33,780 nucleotides of DNA from Candidatus Heimdallarchaeota archaeon (GCA_016840095.1 JAEOSZ010000094.1:1-33780); one strand, 5' to 3'. Positions 1 through 11,352 are shown, numbered from the stretch's first letter. A program made the numbers and translations. Notes: a model not told the origin generated them from the letters alone.

Positions 1-61
1 GGAATCAAAAGTATTTATATTTCATAGTAACAGTTTTTAATACGTATATTTTCTTCAAGAT

Positions 62-1435
62 ATGTCATACAAAGAGATGATTAAACAGACCTTACATCTC
101 ATTGATAATTGGCTTGATTATCAAACTTATATTAAAGAAATTCCTGGTGTAGCTGTTGGTATTTTCGTTGAAGATGAAATCATATTCAAGAAGGAATATG
201 GTTATGCAAATTTAGAGAAAAGGGAGAAATTAAACGACCAACATCTGTTTCGTATTGCCTCTCACTCCAAGCTTTTTACAGCTACATCTATAATGAAACT
301 CTATCATGAAGATAAGCTTTCATTGGATGATAGAATATCAAAACATCTCCCTTGGTTTACATCGGAGAAAGATGAAAACATCAAACAGATTCGTATCAGA
401 CACCTACTTACACATTCTAGTGGAATGACACGTGATGGTGTCACAGGACATTGGATAAAACATGAGTTCCCCACTATTGAAGAAATCAAATCTCAAGTAA
501 AAGATGGAATCAGTTTCTTTGAACCCAGTGAAACATTGAAGTATTCTAACTTTGGATATACGATTCTAGGTCAGATAGTAGAAGCAGTTTCAGGATTAAG
601 TTTCTCAGATTACATCCAACAAGAGATTCTAGATCCACTAGATATGAAAAATACATTTGCTGATGTAGATGAAAACAATTTATCCAGACATGCAACAGGA
701 CATAAAAACAGGTTTCCAAGAAAGGATAGAGAGATTTTCAATCACGTACCAGCAAGAGTTATGCATGCTGCTACAGGTTTGAGCAGCAATGTTGAAGATT
801 TAATCAAATTCTATAAAGCTCATTTCCTTGGAAATAACATTCTGTTTCCAGATTATATTAAACGCGAGATGCAACGCATTCAATTTAAGAATGAAAAAGG
901 AGATAGAGGTTTAGGATTTGGAATGTTGCATCTACCAGGCAAACCAGTGAAGGAAAGTCTAATTGGACATAGTGGAGGTTATCCTGGTTTCATAACTCGC
1001 TCTGGTCTTAATCAAGGTAAGAAAATGATTCTTGTTGTTCTAACTAATGCTTCAGATGGCCCTGCTTCAGATCTCGCTCTAGGATTACTCAAAATCTTTG
1101 CGAAAATAGCTGAAGAAAAACAGAAATTCAAGTTAAAAGCTGAGGAAACTAAACCAGATTACAAAGATATAATTGGCTTTTATGAAGCAAATGGATGGGT
1201 TTCTCTATTTAGTCAAATTGGACCTAAGCTTGTTGCAGTTGGACCTAAAGATGTATTTCCCTCGGATTTCATGCAAATTTATAAGCTTGACAAAAATAAC
1301 AGATTCATTGCTCCAAAAGATCTTCCATTTAGTTCACCAGGACAGCCAGTAGAATTTATTGATGGACCTGATGGTGAGAAAATCTTTGTTGACAGCCATA
1401 GAGCTGAACACAAAAGATTCAATTATGAGTATTAA
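62..1435 (+). CDS. Serine hydrolase, beta-lactamase class C / D-aminopeptidase-like family, probably cytoplasmic
   Basis: SxxK motif in FRIASHSKLF, LLTHSSG, YSN and GHSGG triad motifs; no signal peptide. Confidence 0.9.
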   Translation: MSYKEMIKQTLHLIDNWLDYQTYIKEIPGVAVGIFVEDEIIFKKEYGYANLEKREKLNDQHLFRIASHSKLFTATSIMKLYHEDKLSLDDRISKHLPWFTSEKDENIKQIRIRHLLTHSSGMTRDGVTGHWIKHEFPTIEEIKSQVKDGISFFEPSETLKYSNFGYTILGQIVEAVSGLSFSDYIQQEILDPLDMKNTFADVDENNLSRHATGHKNRFPRKDREIFNHVPARVMHAATGLSSNVEDLIKFYKAHFLGNNILFPDYIKREMQRIQFKNEKGDRGLGFGMLHLPGKPVKESLIGHSGGYPGFITRSGLNQGKKMILVVLTNASDGPASDLALGLLKIFAKIAEEKQKFKLKAEETKPDYKDIIGFYEANGWVSLFSQIGPKLVAVGPKDVFPSDFMQIYKLDKNNRFIAPKDLPFSSPGQPVEFIDGPDGEKIFVDSHRAEHKRFNYEY

Positions 1436-1453
1436 AAGGAGTTGAGAAGATGA

Positions 1454-2908
<1,455 letters not shown>

Positions 2909-2936
2909 TTATATACCACATAGAGAATTTGCTCAT

Positions 2937-3608
2937 ATGAGCAACGAAATCTCAAAAAGCGAAATGAAAACACTCTTAGATCTAATGAAGAGAATCGAAA
3001 AATTTGAGATACTAAATAATACACAGAATTGGGCAGTAGAAAGACTAACTTGGGGTCTACTGCTAATAGTTGGAGGCATTCTTGATTTTGTAATTCTTCG
3101 TTTTACTCATGAAATTATCGGTTTTCTAAATACAATTGCATGGATATTAATTATTATTGTAGGACTATTTATGTCTAATTTCCTAAAACGAAACATGCTT
3201 GTAACGGTTAAAAGGAGAAAATCTTCATTTTTCGTTAGAACACAAATTTATTGGATGATAATCTCAATTGGTATGATTTTTGCTTTTGGATATACTGAAT
3301 TAGATCATTTAACCATTCCTTCAATTGCTATAATGATGGGAGTAGTATTCTTTGTGGATAACTATATTGCAAAAAGGAAGACTCAAACCTTTACAAGTTT
3401 TATCCTTCATTATGCTTTACCAATTGGTTTTATGTTAACAGCAATTATCAATCTAGTGGGATTCTTCGTAGTTGGTGAAGTTTTCGAATTCTATTATGGA
3501 ATAATTTTTGGTTCAATCATTGGGATTATACAAATGTATGGAGCATTTCTACTCCAAAGAATTATAATAAAAAACAGGATATCAACAATTGAAAATCTAA
3601 CAGAATAA
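2937..3608 (+). CDS. Integral membrane protein (about 6 TM), likely partner of the downstream wHTH regulator
   Basis: About six hydrophobic segments; 17 bp upstream of the wHTH gene in the same orientation. Confidence 0.75.
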   Translation: MSNEISKSEMKTLLDLMKRIEKFEILNNTQNWAVERLTWGLLLIVGGILDFVILRFTHEIIGFLNTIAWILIIIVGLFMSNFLKRNMLVTVKRRKSSFFVRTQIYWMIISIGMIFAFGYTELDHLTIPSIAIMMGVVFFVDNYIAKRKTQTFTSFILHYALPIGFMLTAIINLVGFFVVGEVFEFYYGIIFGSIIGIIQMYGAFLLQRIIIKNRISTIENLTE

Positions 3609-3625
3609 TTAGGATTGATTTCATT

Positions 3626-3976
3626 ATGGCTAATGAACAACATAATAACTCTAAGGAGAGTGAACTACCATTGGATGAGGTAGTTGGAATTGATACTATT
3701 TTACACTCTCCACCAAGACTTGCCATAATGATGCTCTTACTACCTAGACTAAAAGCAACGTTTACTTTAATACAAAAAACTCTCAAATTTACTTCAGGAA
3801 ATTTAACAGCTCATCTAAGTAAACTTGAAGAAAATAAGATGGTAGAGATACAAAAAGGGTTTGTGGATGCACAACCCACTACCATCATCTATTTGACGAA
3901 ATTTGGAAGGGAGAAATTGAGAGAGTATGCAAAAATACTTGTGAATATCTTGGAAAAAATGCTTGAAGAAAATTAG
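3626..3976 (+). CDS. Winged-helix DNA-binding protein (HTH_34 / MarR-ArsR-like)
   Basis: LHSPPRLAIM...TSGNLTAHLSKLEE...KGF...PTT..YLTKFGRE matches the HTH_34 pattern. Confidence 0.88.
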   Translation: MANEQHNNSKESELPLDEVVGIDTILHSPPRLAIMMLLLPRLKATFTLIQKTLKFTSGNLTAHLSKLEENKMVEIQKGFVDAQPTTIIYLTKFGREKLREYAKILVNILEKMLEEN

Positions 3977-4065
3977 CTTGTTCCTTTGAAGAAGGAATAT
4001 CTACAATGGATAACATTTTTATCTATAAAGTAAAAGTCGAATCCAGTTAATAAAAAAAGCAGGTT

Positions 4066-5232
4066 ATGATTATGGGTGAATTAGTAAAAACTCCTATGTG
4101 GAAAGTCCACGAAGAAGCTGGAGCTAGAATGATCGACTTTGCTGGTTACTATCTCCCGGTTTCTTACACTGGTATTGATGAAGAAATCATGGCAACAAGA
4201 GAAAATGTATCTATTGTTGAAGTAACAGATATGGGTCGTTATTCCTTAAAAGGTAAATATGCTACAAAATTAATGGAACTCTTAGTACCAAGAGATATGG
4301 CTGCAATGGAAGACATGAAATGTGGTTACACATACTATCTTAATGAAAATGCAGGATATCGAGATGATACAATTATTGGTAGAAGGAGTGAAACTGAATA
4401 TTTCAATGTTTGTAACGCAGGTAGTCAAACTACTAAAGTTCTAGCCTGGATTGGACAGTTTGTTGAACTTTTCAAAGAAATGACTGGTGAACCACTTGAG
4501 TTCAAAGACTGGACTTTAGCAACAACAATGTTTGCAGTTCAAGGACCAAATTACAAAGTTATTCTAGACAATTTAGGTGTTACTGATACTGGTAGATGGA
4601 AAATGGTTGAAGCTGAAGTTGAAGGATGTAAATGTCTATTTACAGGAACAGGTTATACAGGTGAAAACGGTTTTGAAGTAGTAATTTTTGATTCTGATCT
4701 AGCAAATCCGGAAAAAGGTATTAAGGTTTGGAATGCAATTTTAGAAGCAGGTAAAGATGTAGGTATTGCTCTATGTGGTCTTGGAGCCAGAGATGCTCTC
4801 AGAATTGAAGCAGGATTACCACTCTATGGTGAAGATATTCATGAAGAAGTTAACCCCGTTGAAACTGGTTATGATTTCAAAATCTTCTGCAAGCACGACA
4901 AAGAAGCATTCTACTTTGGAAAAGAAGCACTACTAAAAGCAAAGAACGAAGGCGTTAAAATCAAACACGTAGGAATTCAATTACTTGATAAAGGAATTCC
5001 AAGAGCAGATTATGAAATTCTCAATACAGCAGGTGAGAAAATTGGTTACATGGTTAACGGTGTTCGATCTCCTGTTATTGGAAATGTAGGTATAGGCATG
5101 GGTTTTGTTGATATTAAGTACGCAGAACCAGAAACAGAAGTGCTTGTCCAAATACGCAAAAATCAAGTAAGAGCAAAAGTAGTAAAGATGCCCTTTTACG
5201 ATACTTCGAAATGGGGCTGGAAGAGAGATTAA
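4066..5232 (+). CDS. gcvT: Glycine cleavage system T protein (aminomethyltransferase)
   Basis: GARMIDFAGYYLPVSY, AVQGP, TGYTGENGFE, GLGARDALRIEAGLPLYG. Confidence 0.95.
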   Translation: MIMGELVKTPMWKVHEEAGARMIDFAGYYLPVSYTGIDEEIMATRENVSIVEVTDMGRYSLKGKYATKLMELLVPRDMAAMEDMKCGYTYYLNENAGYRDDTIIGRRSETEYFNVCNAGSQTTKVLAWIGQFVELFKEMTGEPLEFKDWTLATTMFAVQGPNYKVILDNLGVTDTGRWKMVEAEVEGCKCLFTGTGYTGENGFEVVIFDSDLANPEKGIKVWNAILEAGKDVGIALCGLGARDALRIEAGLPLYGEDIHEEVNPVETGYDFKIFCKHDKEAFYFGKEALLKAKNEGVKIKHVGIQLLDKGIPRADYEILNTAGEKIGYMVNGVRSPVIGNVGIGMGFVDIKYAEPETEVLVQIRKNQVRAKVVKMPFYDTSKWGWKRD

Positions 5233-5256
5233 TAATCTTCACTCTTTTTATTTTTT
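5221..5256 (+). terminator. Hairpin plus T-tract at the gcvT stop
   Basis: aagag-agatt/aat/aatct-tca-ctctt followed by tttatttttt. Confidence 0.45.
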
Positions 5257-5316
5257 AAACTTCATAGAATATTAATAAGTGTCTTTGAGATTTAATGGAG
5301 TATCGGTTGATACTTT

Positions 5317-6417
5317 ATGAATAAAGCAAAGTTTCTTTCCCCTAAATCAATGTCTTACATTTTTCTTGTTTTTCTACTCTCACTCACATATCTTCCTACT
5401 TCAGATGCTCAAGTTACAGTATATGTCAATAAAGTAGCTAGTATGAGTGTTGATGGAATTGGTTATGATATTACTATTAAAGACAATTATGCTTACATTA
5501 CTGGGAATGATGGTTTTATTGTAGTTGACATAGAAACTCCACATAAACCAAAACAAGTAGGCGAATTCGCATATGGATATGGTGCATTTGGAATTTTTGT
5601 ATGTGACAATATTGCTTTCTTAGCAGCAGGTGGATATGGGTTAGTAATAGCAAATATTAGCAACCCTGAAGATCCTACTTTAATTGGAAGCTGTAGTTCT
5701 GATGGAACTTCTACTGGAGTCTTTTCTTCTAATACTCATGCTTTTGTTTCAAATTTTGAAAATGGTCTTCAGATATTTGATATAACTGATCTATTCAATC
5801 CTATTAAAATTGGAGAGTACACAGCTTATGGCAGAGCTGACAATGTAATCGTAGTTGATGATATTGCATATGTCGCTTTTACAAACTATGGTCTTGTAGT
5901 TCTAAATGTAACGGATCCCTCTTTACCAACCTATATACAAACTGTCTCATATACAGGAGGAGCAAAAGGATTAGCAATTCACCAAAATCTACTATTTGTA
6001 GGATGTTATTCAAGTAGTGTTTTAGTTCTGGATATTTCATTTCCTGAGTCTCCTGTCATACTTGGCGTACATACAGATAGTGACGAGGGGGAAGCACAGG
6101 GAGTTGCAGGAAATAGTACACATCTTTATGTTGCTGATAATTTTGGTGTTGAATATCTTGACATAAGTGATTTACCAACTATTAGCAAAAAAGCTGAAAA
6201 TAGAGAGAGAATCTCTTCAGCTCACGAAGTGGATTTTGTAGGAAATTATATTTTCATTGCTGGTGGTGGAGTAGGAAAAGCTTGTCTTGTTTTTGAGGTC
6301 AGTGACAAACAGAAAAATAGTTTTCTAGGAATCTATATTGGGTTACCAATTGCCATTGTTGCAATTACATCTTTTTTCATAGTTTATAAACTGAAAATAA
6401 AAGCGAAAAAGGATTAA
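5317..6417 (+). CDS. LVIVD-repeat beta-propeller surface protein with signal peptide and C-terminal TM anchor
   Basis: Repeated YAY/G-L-x-I-x-D-I-S-x-P units (GFIVVDIETP, GLVIANISNP, GLQIFDITDL, GLVVLNVTDP); hydrophobic N-terminus; C-terminal TM followed by KLKIKAKKD. Confidence 0.88.
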   Translation: MNKAKFLSPKSMSYIFLVFLLSLTYLPTSDAQVTVYVNKVASMSVDGIGYDITIKDNYAYITGNDGFIVVDIETPHKPKQVGEFAYGYGAFGIFVCDNIAFLAAGGYGLVIANISNPEDPTLIGSCSSDGTSTGVFSSNTHAFVSNFENGLQIFDITDLFNPIKIGEYTAYGRADNVIVVDDIAYVAFTNYGLVVLNVTDPSLPTYIQTVSYTGGAKGLAIHQNLLFVGCYSSSVLVLDISFPESPVILGVHTDSDEGEAQGVAGNSTHLYVADNFGVEYLDISDLPTISKKAENRERISSAHEVDFVGNYIFIAGGGVGKACLVFEVSDKQKNSFLGIYIGLPIAIVAITSFFIVYKLKIKAKKD

Positions 6418-7238
6418 ACATTTTCTTCCTTTTCTTTTTTCTTTTTTAGATAATCTTCTGGGTCTTCCCAAACAGCTATCCTAGCTTTATTATTATGTTC
6501 AGTTAGAAGAACTCTAGCAGCTGTATCTAAATCTAAATCCCCTCCTTTTTTTCTCTTATGACGTTTTTCAGCAAATTTCTCAAGAAATTCGGGGGGTGAT
6601 TCATACTCGATTTCATATGCCTTTTTAATTGCATTAGGGTTAATTTCATCAATGCTTTGAACTAAAGACCAAGCTCCTTTAACAGGATCAGAGAGTTTTT
6701 CAGGTTTAGCTATCCCTAGAAGTATTTGTTGTGCCATTGTTAGTCTTTTAGAAACAACACCAGGTGTATCATAGATTTTCAATCTTGTAGTTATTCGCAA
6801 TGCTTGCAATGCCTTTGTAAAACCAGGAATAGGCGCTACAGGAGCACTAGATCTTCCCTTTAAGATATTTATTAATGAACTTTTTCCAGTATTTGGTAGA
6901 CCAATGAAACAAGCTGTAATATAGAACATATCATCCTTTACAGCTGAAAGTATTGTATTTCTTAAAACGGATGTACTCAATCTTTCTCTTGCTGAAGTTG
7001 GTATAACTTTGAAACCTTCTCTACCAAATATGCCTTTCCACTTATTTACCACATGATCAGGTACAAGGTCTACTTTGTTCATAACAATTAGAAGTCTTTT
7101 AGTCGGATCTCTTTGAACCATTCTTTCGTATCTTCCTGACCTAGATAAACTTGGAAATCTTGCATCTAGAACTTCTACTACAACATCGCTTCCTTTAATC
7201 ATTTTACGTACCATAGTATCGTAGTCATCTTTTGGCAT
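6414..7238 (-). CDS. Circularly permuted ribosome-biogenesis GTPase (YlqF/RbgA/Nug-Nog2 family)
   Basis: Motif order DAR(G5)-NKVD(G4)-GLPNTGKSS(G1)-PGFT(G2)-DTPG(G3); C-terminal KKGGDLDLDTAARVLL. Confidence 0.92.
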   Translation of the reverse strand: MPKDDYDTMVRKMIKGSDVVVEVLDARFPSLSRSGRYERMVQRDPTKRLLIVMNKVDLVPDHVVNKWKGIFGREGFKVIPTSARERLSTSVLRNTILSAVKDDMFYITACFIGLPNTGKSSLINILKGRSSAPVAPIPGFTKALQALRITTRLKIYDTPGVVSKRLTMAQQILLGIAKPEKLSDPVKGAWSLVQSIDEINPNAIKKAYEIEYESPPEFLEKFAEKRHKRKKGGDLDLDTAARVLLTEHNNKARIAVWEDPEDYLKKKKEKEENV

Positions 7239-7269
7239 TGTTTGTCAACCCAGTTTTGTTTGTGATAAG

Positions 7270-7455
7270 TTAGATTTCTTTAGGTCCGATATCAGGACGC
7301 CCAGGTTTGTATGGACGATCAGGAGAAGGTCCAGGCTGAAAGGGTGGTGAAACTCCATGATCTCTGATATGTGTTTCTAACAACTTCTTTAGACGTTCTA
7401 CCTCTTGTTCTAACAATCTTATTCGCTCTTCTAAAGGTAGTAGTTCTTTATTCAT
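7270..7455 (-). CDS. Small hypothetical protein: coiled coil plus proline-rich tail
   Basis: LEERIRLLEQEVERLKKLLETH heptads then PPFQPGPSPDRPYKPGRP; fills an intergenic gap without overlap; co-oriented with the GTPase. Confidence 0.7.
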   Translation of the reverse strand: MNKELLPLEERIRLLEQEVERLKKLLETHIRDHGVSPPFQPGPSPDRPYKPGRPDIGPKEI

Positions 7456-7489
7456 ACATGTATTATTAAACTGAAAAGATATAAAAGAT

Positions 7490-8302
7490 GTGATTGAAGT
7501 TAGAATGATGAAATTTCACGATGCTCATTGTCATTTGGCAAATAAAGATTTTCTGAAGGAATTTGATATTGCCAATTCGATGGAAGAATGGAGTGGTTCT
7601 GGACTCGAATATGTAATAGGAGTATCAACTAAGCTATCAGAGACGCTTAAAATTCTTGAAATGAGTAGAAGTTTCGAAGAAATTATACCTGGTGTTGGAA
7701 TTCACCCATGGAAAGCAAAAAGAAAAATGGATGAAGAATTGAAAGAAGAATTCTTACAGATTGTTAAAAATTATAAGGAAATTGTAATTGGAGAGATAGG
7801 CTTAGATCATCATTTTATCAAGAAGGAAGAACGATATCTGTATCAGAAGGAACATTTCAATTTCTTTCTGCATATAGCAGAAAAAAACAACTTGCCAGTT
7901 AATATTCATTTGAAAGGAGCTGAAAAAGAGACTTCTGAAATTCTAACATCTTACAAAATACCTTCAGAAAATATTCTTATTCACTGGTATTCCGGACCTA
8001 AAAACGTCTTAAGACAATTCATTGAGAGAGATTATTTCTTTAGCATAAACCCATCCATCCTTACTGGATCAACTCATATCGAAGTTCTAAAAAATGTGTC
8101 CTTAAACAGAATTTTAACTGAATCAGATGGCAATGTTAAATACACTATTGATGACATAAGAGTATCTGGATCTCCTGGAATTATTCCAAAAGTTATTAGT
8201 AAAATTGTAGAAATAAAGAACATTCAAACAGATGAGCTACTTAGAATCCTCCAAGAAAATATCAGACTATATGCAAAACTAAAGGCGATTAAAAATGAGT
8301 GA
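7490..8302 (+). CDS. tatD: TatD-family nuclease (start may be ATG 7505)
   Basis: DAHCH, GIHPW, IGEIGLD, NIH, IHWYSG, ILTESD metal-ligand motifs. Confidence 0.92.
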   Translation: MIEVRMMKFHDAHCHLANKDFLKEFDIANSMEEWSGSGLEYVIGVSTKLSETLKILEMSRSFEEIIPGVGIHPWKAKRKMDEELKEEFLQIVKNYKEIVIGEIGLDHHFIKKEERYLYQKEHFNFFLHIAEKNNLPVNIHLKGAEKETSEILTSYKIPSENILIHWYSGPKNVLRQFIERDYFFSINPSILTGSTHIEVLKNVSLNRILTESDGNVKYTIDDIRVSGSPGIIPKVISKIVEIKNIQTDELLRILQENIRLYAKLKAIKNE

Positions 8303-9326
8303 CAAATCCTTAAACAGAGTCTTAAAACAAAAGAAGCAGTATAGAGATGAAGTAATACAACGTGCTTCAAGTAATAAGAAGAAAGTAGCTTATCATTTTA
8401 ATTGTCCTGATGGTCTTGTTTCAGCTGCTTTGTTTCACTATTTATTTAAAGATCAAGATTTAGTCTTTATCCCAATCGATTACCCTCTACTCAAGGATGA
8501 AAAGATTTCAAACATCCTAACAACAGCTGATTGGTTTGCAATATTAGACCTTAGTCCATTTAATTCAAGTACAATTGAATATTATTTTGACCATCATATA
8601 TCAAACCAAGGAGTAGAAATAAAATCTAATGTTTCCGTATTTGAACCCAAATCACCAAGTGGAGCTTCTTTAATTACTGATTACTTTAAAGATAAATTAC
8701 CTGAATTTATGGTGGAATTATCTGAAATCACAAAGATAACAGATACAGCAAGTTATGGTTCTCCATCCCCGATGGAAATAAATGATACTTTAAGTGATAA
8801 TGATTGGGATGAAAGAGTCTGGTTTTTAGAGGATGCATGTAAATCCACATTCACAGTAGCAGAACATGATCTTGTTATAGAATTATTATCGTCAAAGGGC
8901 TTAGTTGGACTTTGGGAAAAGGATATTTTGAATCGTGTAAGAAGATTACGCAATTCTAGAAAAGAATCATTTAATATAGCACAGGAAATTGAGATGACTG
9001 ATTTTATAATTATCATAGATAAACCACTCCATTACAATATTGCTGCTATCTCATCTGAGTTACAGAAAAGAGGTGTTAAGGGAGTGACTTACATCACTGT
9101 TTATCCAGAAGAAGTAAAAATTAGTTTTAGATTGAACAGAGCTCTAAAGCCTGAAGAAGTAGAAAAATATAGGGTTGATTTACTTGCAAATAAAATGGAT
9201 GGTGGGGGTCATAAAGGTGCTTCGGGGGCTGAAATGGAAAATCTTGAAGAAACACTTGGGATAATAAAAAATTGGATTAAGGAAGTACAACTAAAATTGG
9301 GCGTTGTAGATTTAAGAAAAAATTAG
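8295..9326 (+). CDS. DHH-DHHA1 phosphoesterase (nanoRNase/oligoribonuclease-like)
   Basis: YHFNCPDG (variant of the DxD motif I), ILDL, FDHH and C-terminal GGGHKGASG; overlaps the tatD end by 8 bp. Confidence 0.85.
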   Translation: MSDKSLNRVLKQKKQYRDEVIQRASSNKKKVAYHFNCPDGLVSAALFHYLFKDQDLVFIPIDYPLLKDEKISNILTTADWFAILDLSPFNSSTIEYYFDHHISNQGVEIKSNVSVFEPKSPSGASLITDYFKDKLPEFMVELSEITKITDTASYGSPSPMEINDTLSDNDWDERVWFLEDACKSTFTVAEHDLVIELLSSKGLVGLWEKDILNRVRRLRNSRKESFNIAQEIEMTDFIIIIDKPLHYNIAAISSELQKRGVKGVTYITVYPEEVKISFRLNRALKPEEVEKYRVDLLANKMDGGGHKGASGAEMENLEETLGIIKNWIKEVQLKLGVVDLRKN

Positions 9327-9337
9327 AGAAGGATAAT

Positions 9338-10822
9338 TCATCCTTTCACATTACCTATTGGTATGACTCTTACAACAGGGTGACCAATTCCAGATATTTT
9401 CAAAGCTTTAACAACTTCATCAATATCTTTGTATGCAAAACCTGCTTCTTCAGCTAAACCTGGCATTGATGCTCCTTTCACATATATTCCTTTATCTCTC
9501 ATTTTCTGTTGCAGAAAGTCTCCTCTGATTTGTCTTTTTGCTTTGCTTCTACTCATTGTTCTTCCTGCACCATGTGCTGTTGAACCAAAGCTGACATCCA
9601 TTGCTTTCTGGGTTCCAGTTAAGAGATAAGAACCAGTTTCCATAGAACCTCCGAGAATAATTGGTTGTCCAATTTCCTTGTATTCTTGAGGGATTTCAGG
9701 ATGATTTGGTGGAAATCCTCTAGTAGCTCCTTTTCTATGAACCATTAGTTTCTTTTTCTCACCATTGATTCTGTGTTCTTCGATTTTGGCAATATTATGT
9801 GCGACATCATATATTAGATCAAGACCCAATTCATCTTCATCTGCATTGAAAACTTCTGTAAAAACTTGTCTCACATTGTGGGTGATAACTTGACGATTTG
9901 CATATGCCATGTTTGATGCGCAACTCATAGCTGCAAAGTAATCTTGTCCCTCTTTTGAGTTAATAGGTACACTTGCTAGTTCTTGGTCAAGAACAGGGAT
10001 ATTATATTTGGTCATAGCAGTTAAACAAGTTCTTAGATAGTCTGTTGCAACTTGATGACCCATTCCTCTTGAACCACAATGAATCATTGCAGTAACTTGA
10101 TAATCTTTTGTTAAACCAAGTTTGTTACCAATTTCTTTGTCGAATAAATCTCCAGGTTTAACCACCTGTATTTCCAGATAATGGTTTCCAGAGCCAAGAG
10201 TTCCAAGTTGTCTGAGACCTCGACTTTTTGCTTTGTCACTCACCTTTGAAGCATCAGCCATAGGCATTTTACCTTGGCTTTCAATTCTAGGGATATCTTC
10301 TTTTCTGGCATAACCTTTTTCTAAGCACCATTGAGCACCATCTTCTAGAACATTGTTAAATTCTGAACGAGGGATGTTTGCTAAGTATTGATCATGTGAA
10401 AGTTTAACACCTACACCTGCAGGAACCTTTCGAAAGAGCTTCTCAACTAATTCTTTAATTTTAGGCTTTACATCTCTCTCTTCTAATGTTGTAGTGAGCA
10501 TACGTACTCCACAGTTGATATCAAAACCAACACCACCCGGACTTATGACTCCTTCATCCATATCCATAGCAGCAACACCACCTATAGGAAAACCATAACC
10601 TGCATGTGCATCAGGCAAGGCTATTGCATACTTCTGAATTCCAGGAAGAGTAGCAACATTAGTAATTTGATCAATAACTCTACCTTCAATTCCTTTCTTT
10701 AGTGCAGGAGTAACAATCAATCTTGCTGGAACCCTCATTCCTTTCTTAAAGGATGTGGGAACTTCCCAAGTTGTTTCATCAATTTGTTTCATTGGAATGC
10801 TTCCGCTTGACATATTTCTCAT
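9338..10822 (-). CDS. rtcB: RtcB RNA-splicing/repair ligase
   Basis: PDAHAGYGFPIG, GFDINCG, GSGNHY, HCGSRG, YDVAHN, HRKGAT, HGAGR, EEAxxAYK. Confidence 0.97.
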   Translation of the reverse strand: MRNMSSGSIPMKQIDETTWEVPTSFKKGMRVPARLIVTPALKKGIEGRVIDQITNVATLPGIQKYAIALPDAHAGYGFPIGGVAAMDMDEGVISPGGVGFDINCGVRMLTTTLEERDVKPKIKELVEKLFRKVPAGVGVKLSHDQYLANIPRSEFNNVLEDGAQWCLEKGYARKEDIPRIESQGKMPMADASKVSDKAKSRGLRQLGTLGSGNHYLEIQVVKPGDLFDKEIGNKLGLTKDYQVTAMIHCGSRGMGHQVATDYLRTCLTAMTKYNIPVLDQELASVPINSKEGQDYFAAMSCASNMAYANRQVITHNVRQVFTEVFNADEDELGLDLIYDVAHNIAKIEEHRINGEKKKLMVHRKGATRGFPPNHPEIPQEYKEIGQPIILGGSMETGSYLLTGTQKAMDVSFGSTAHGAGRTMSRSKAKRQIRGDFLQQKMRDKGIYVKGASMPGLAEEAGFAYKDIDEVVKALKISGIGHPVVRVIPIGNVKG

Positions 10823-10923
10823 TCTTGAAATCTAAATAACTTTTAATAAACCTCTTGGTTTATCAGAAAATATCTTTAAAGGTATTATTTTTATTAGAAG
10901 ATATTTTCAGTCTGTTTAGACCA

Positions 10924-11352
10924 ATGTTCAATTATAATATACTAACAGAAGAAGTAAAATCTGATTTTGCCTTTGAAGTCATGGCTGATTCCTTAACAGA
11001 ACTATTTAGAGGTGCAGGAGTTGCAATGATGGAAGCAATGATTGATGTTAAAGAACTTAAAGCAGAAAAGGTTTGGGAGTTCAGTTTAGAAGCAGATACA
11101 CTAGAGTTACTTCTATTTGATTTTCTTGGAGAGTTAGTATTTGTAAAAGATGTTGATGCAGCTCTTTTCAATGATTATGAAATCAAGATTGAGGAAGATG
11201 AAGATTTCAAACTCTCATGCAAAGCTTTCGGTTCGGATATTGATTATGAGAAGTATGAGATTCTTACAGATGTCAAGGCAATCACCATGCATAAATTTGT
11301 ATTAGAAGAAAGAAATGATGAATGGTACTGTCATGTTATTGTTGACCTTTAG
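10924..11352 (+). CDS. Archease (RtcB activating cofactor); start reassigned to ATG 10924
   Basis: SDFAFEVMADSLTELF, LLFDFLGELVF, DVKAITMH and terminal IVDL; divergent from rtcB. Confidence 0.92.
   Translation: MFNYNILTEEVKSDFAFEVMADSLTELFRGAGVAMMEAMIDVKELKAEKVWEFSLEADTLELLLFDFLGELVFVKDVDAALFNDYEIKIEEDEDFKLSCKAFGSDIDYEKYEILTDVKAITMHKFVLEERNDEWYCHVIVDL

Noticed and set aside
62-1435. Antibiotic-resistance beta-lactamase
   Set aside because: No signal peptide; this family is dominated by peptidases and esterases.
7490-9326. TatD-DHH as an anti-phage defence system
   Set aside because: No ATPase, QueC or other defence partners are nearby, and the context is housekeeping.
10855-10923. N-terminal extension of archease from TTG 10855
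   Set aside because: It occupies the divergent promoter region, and homology begins at ATG 10924.
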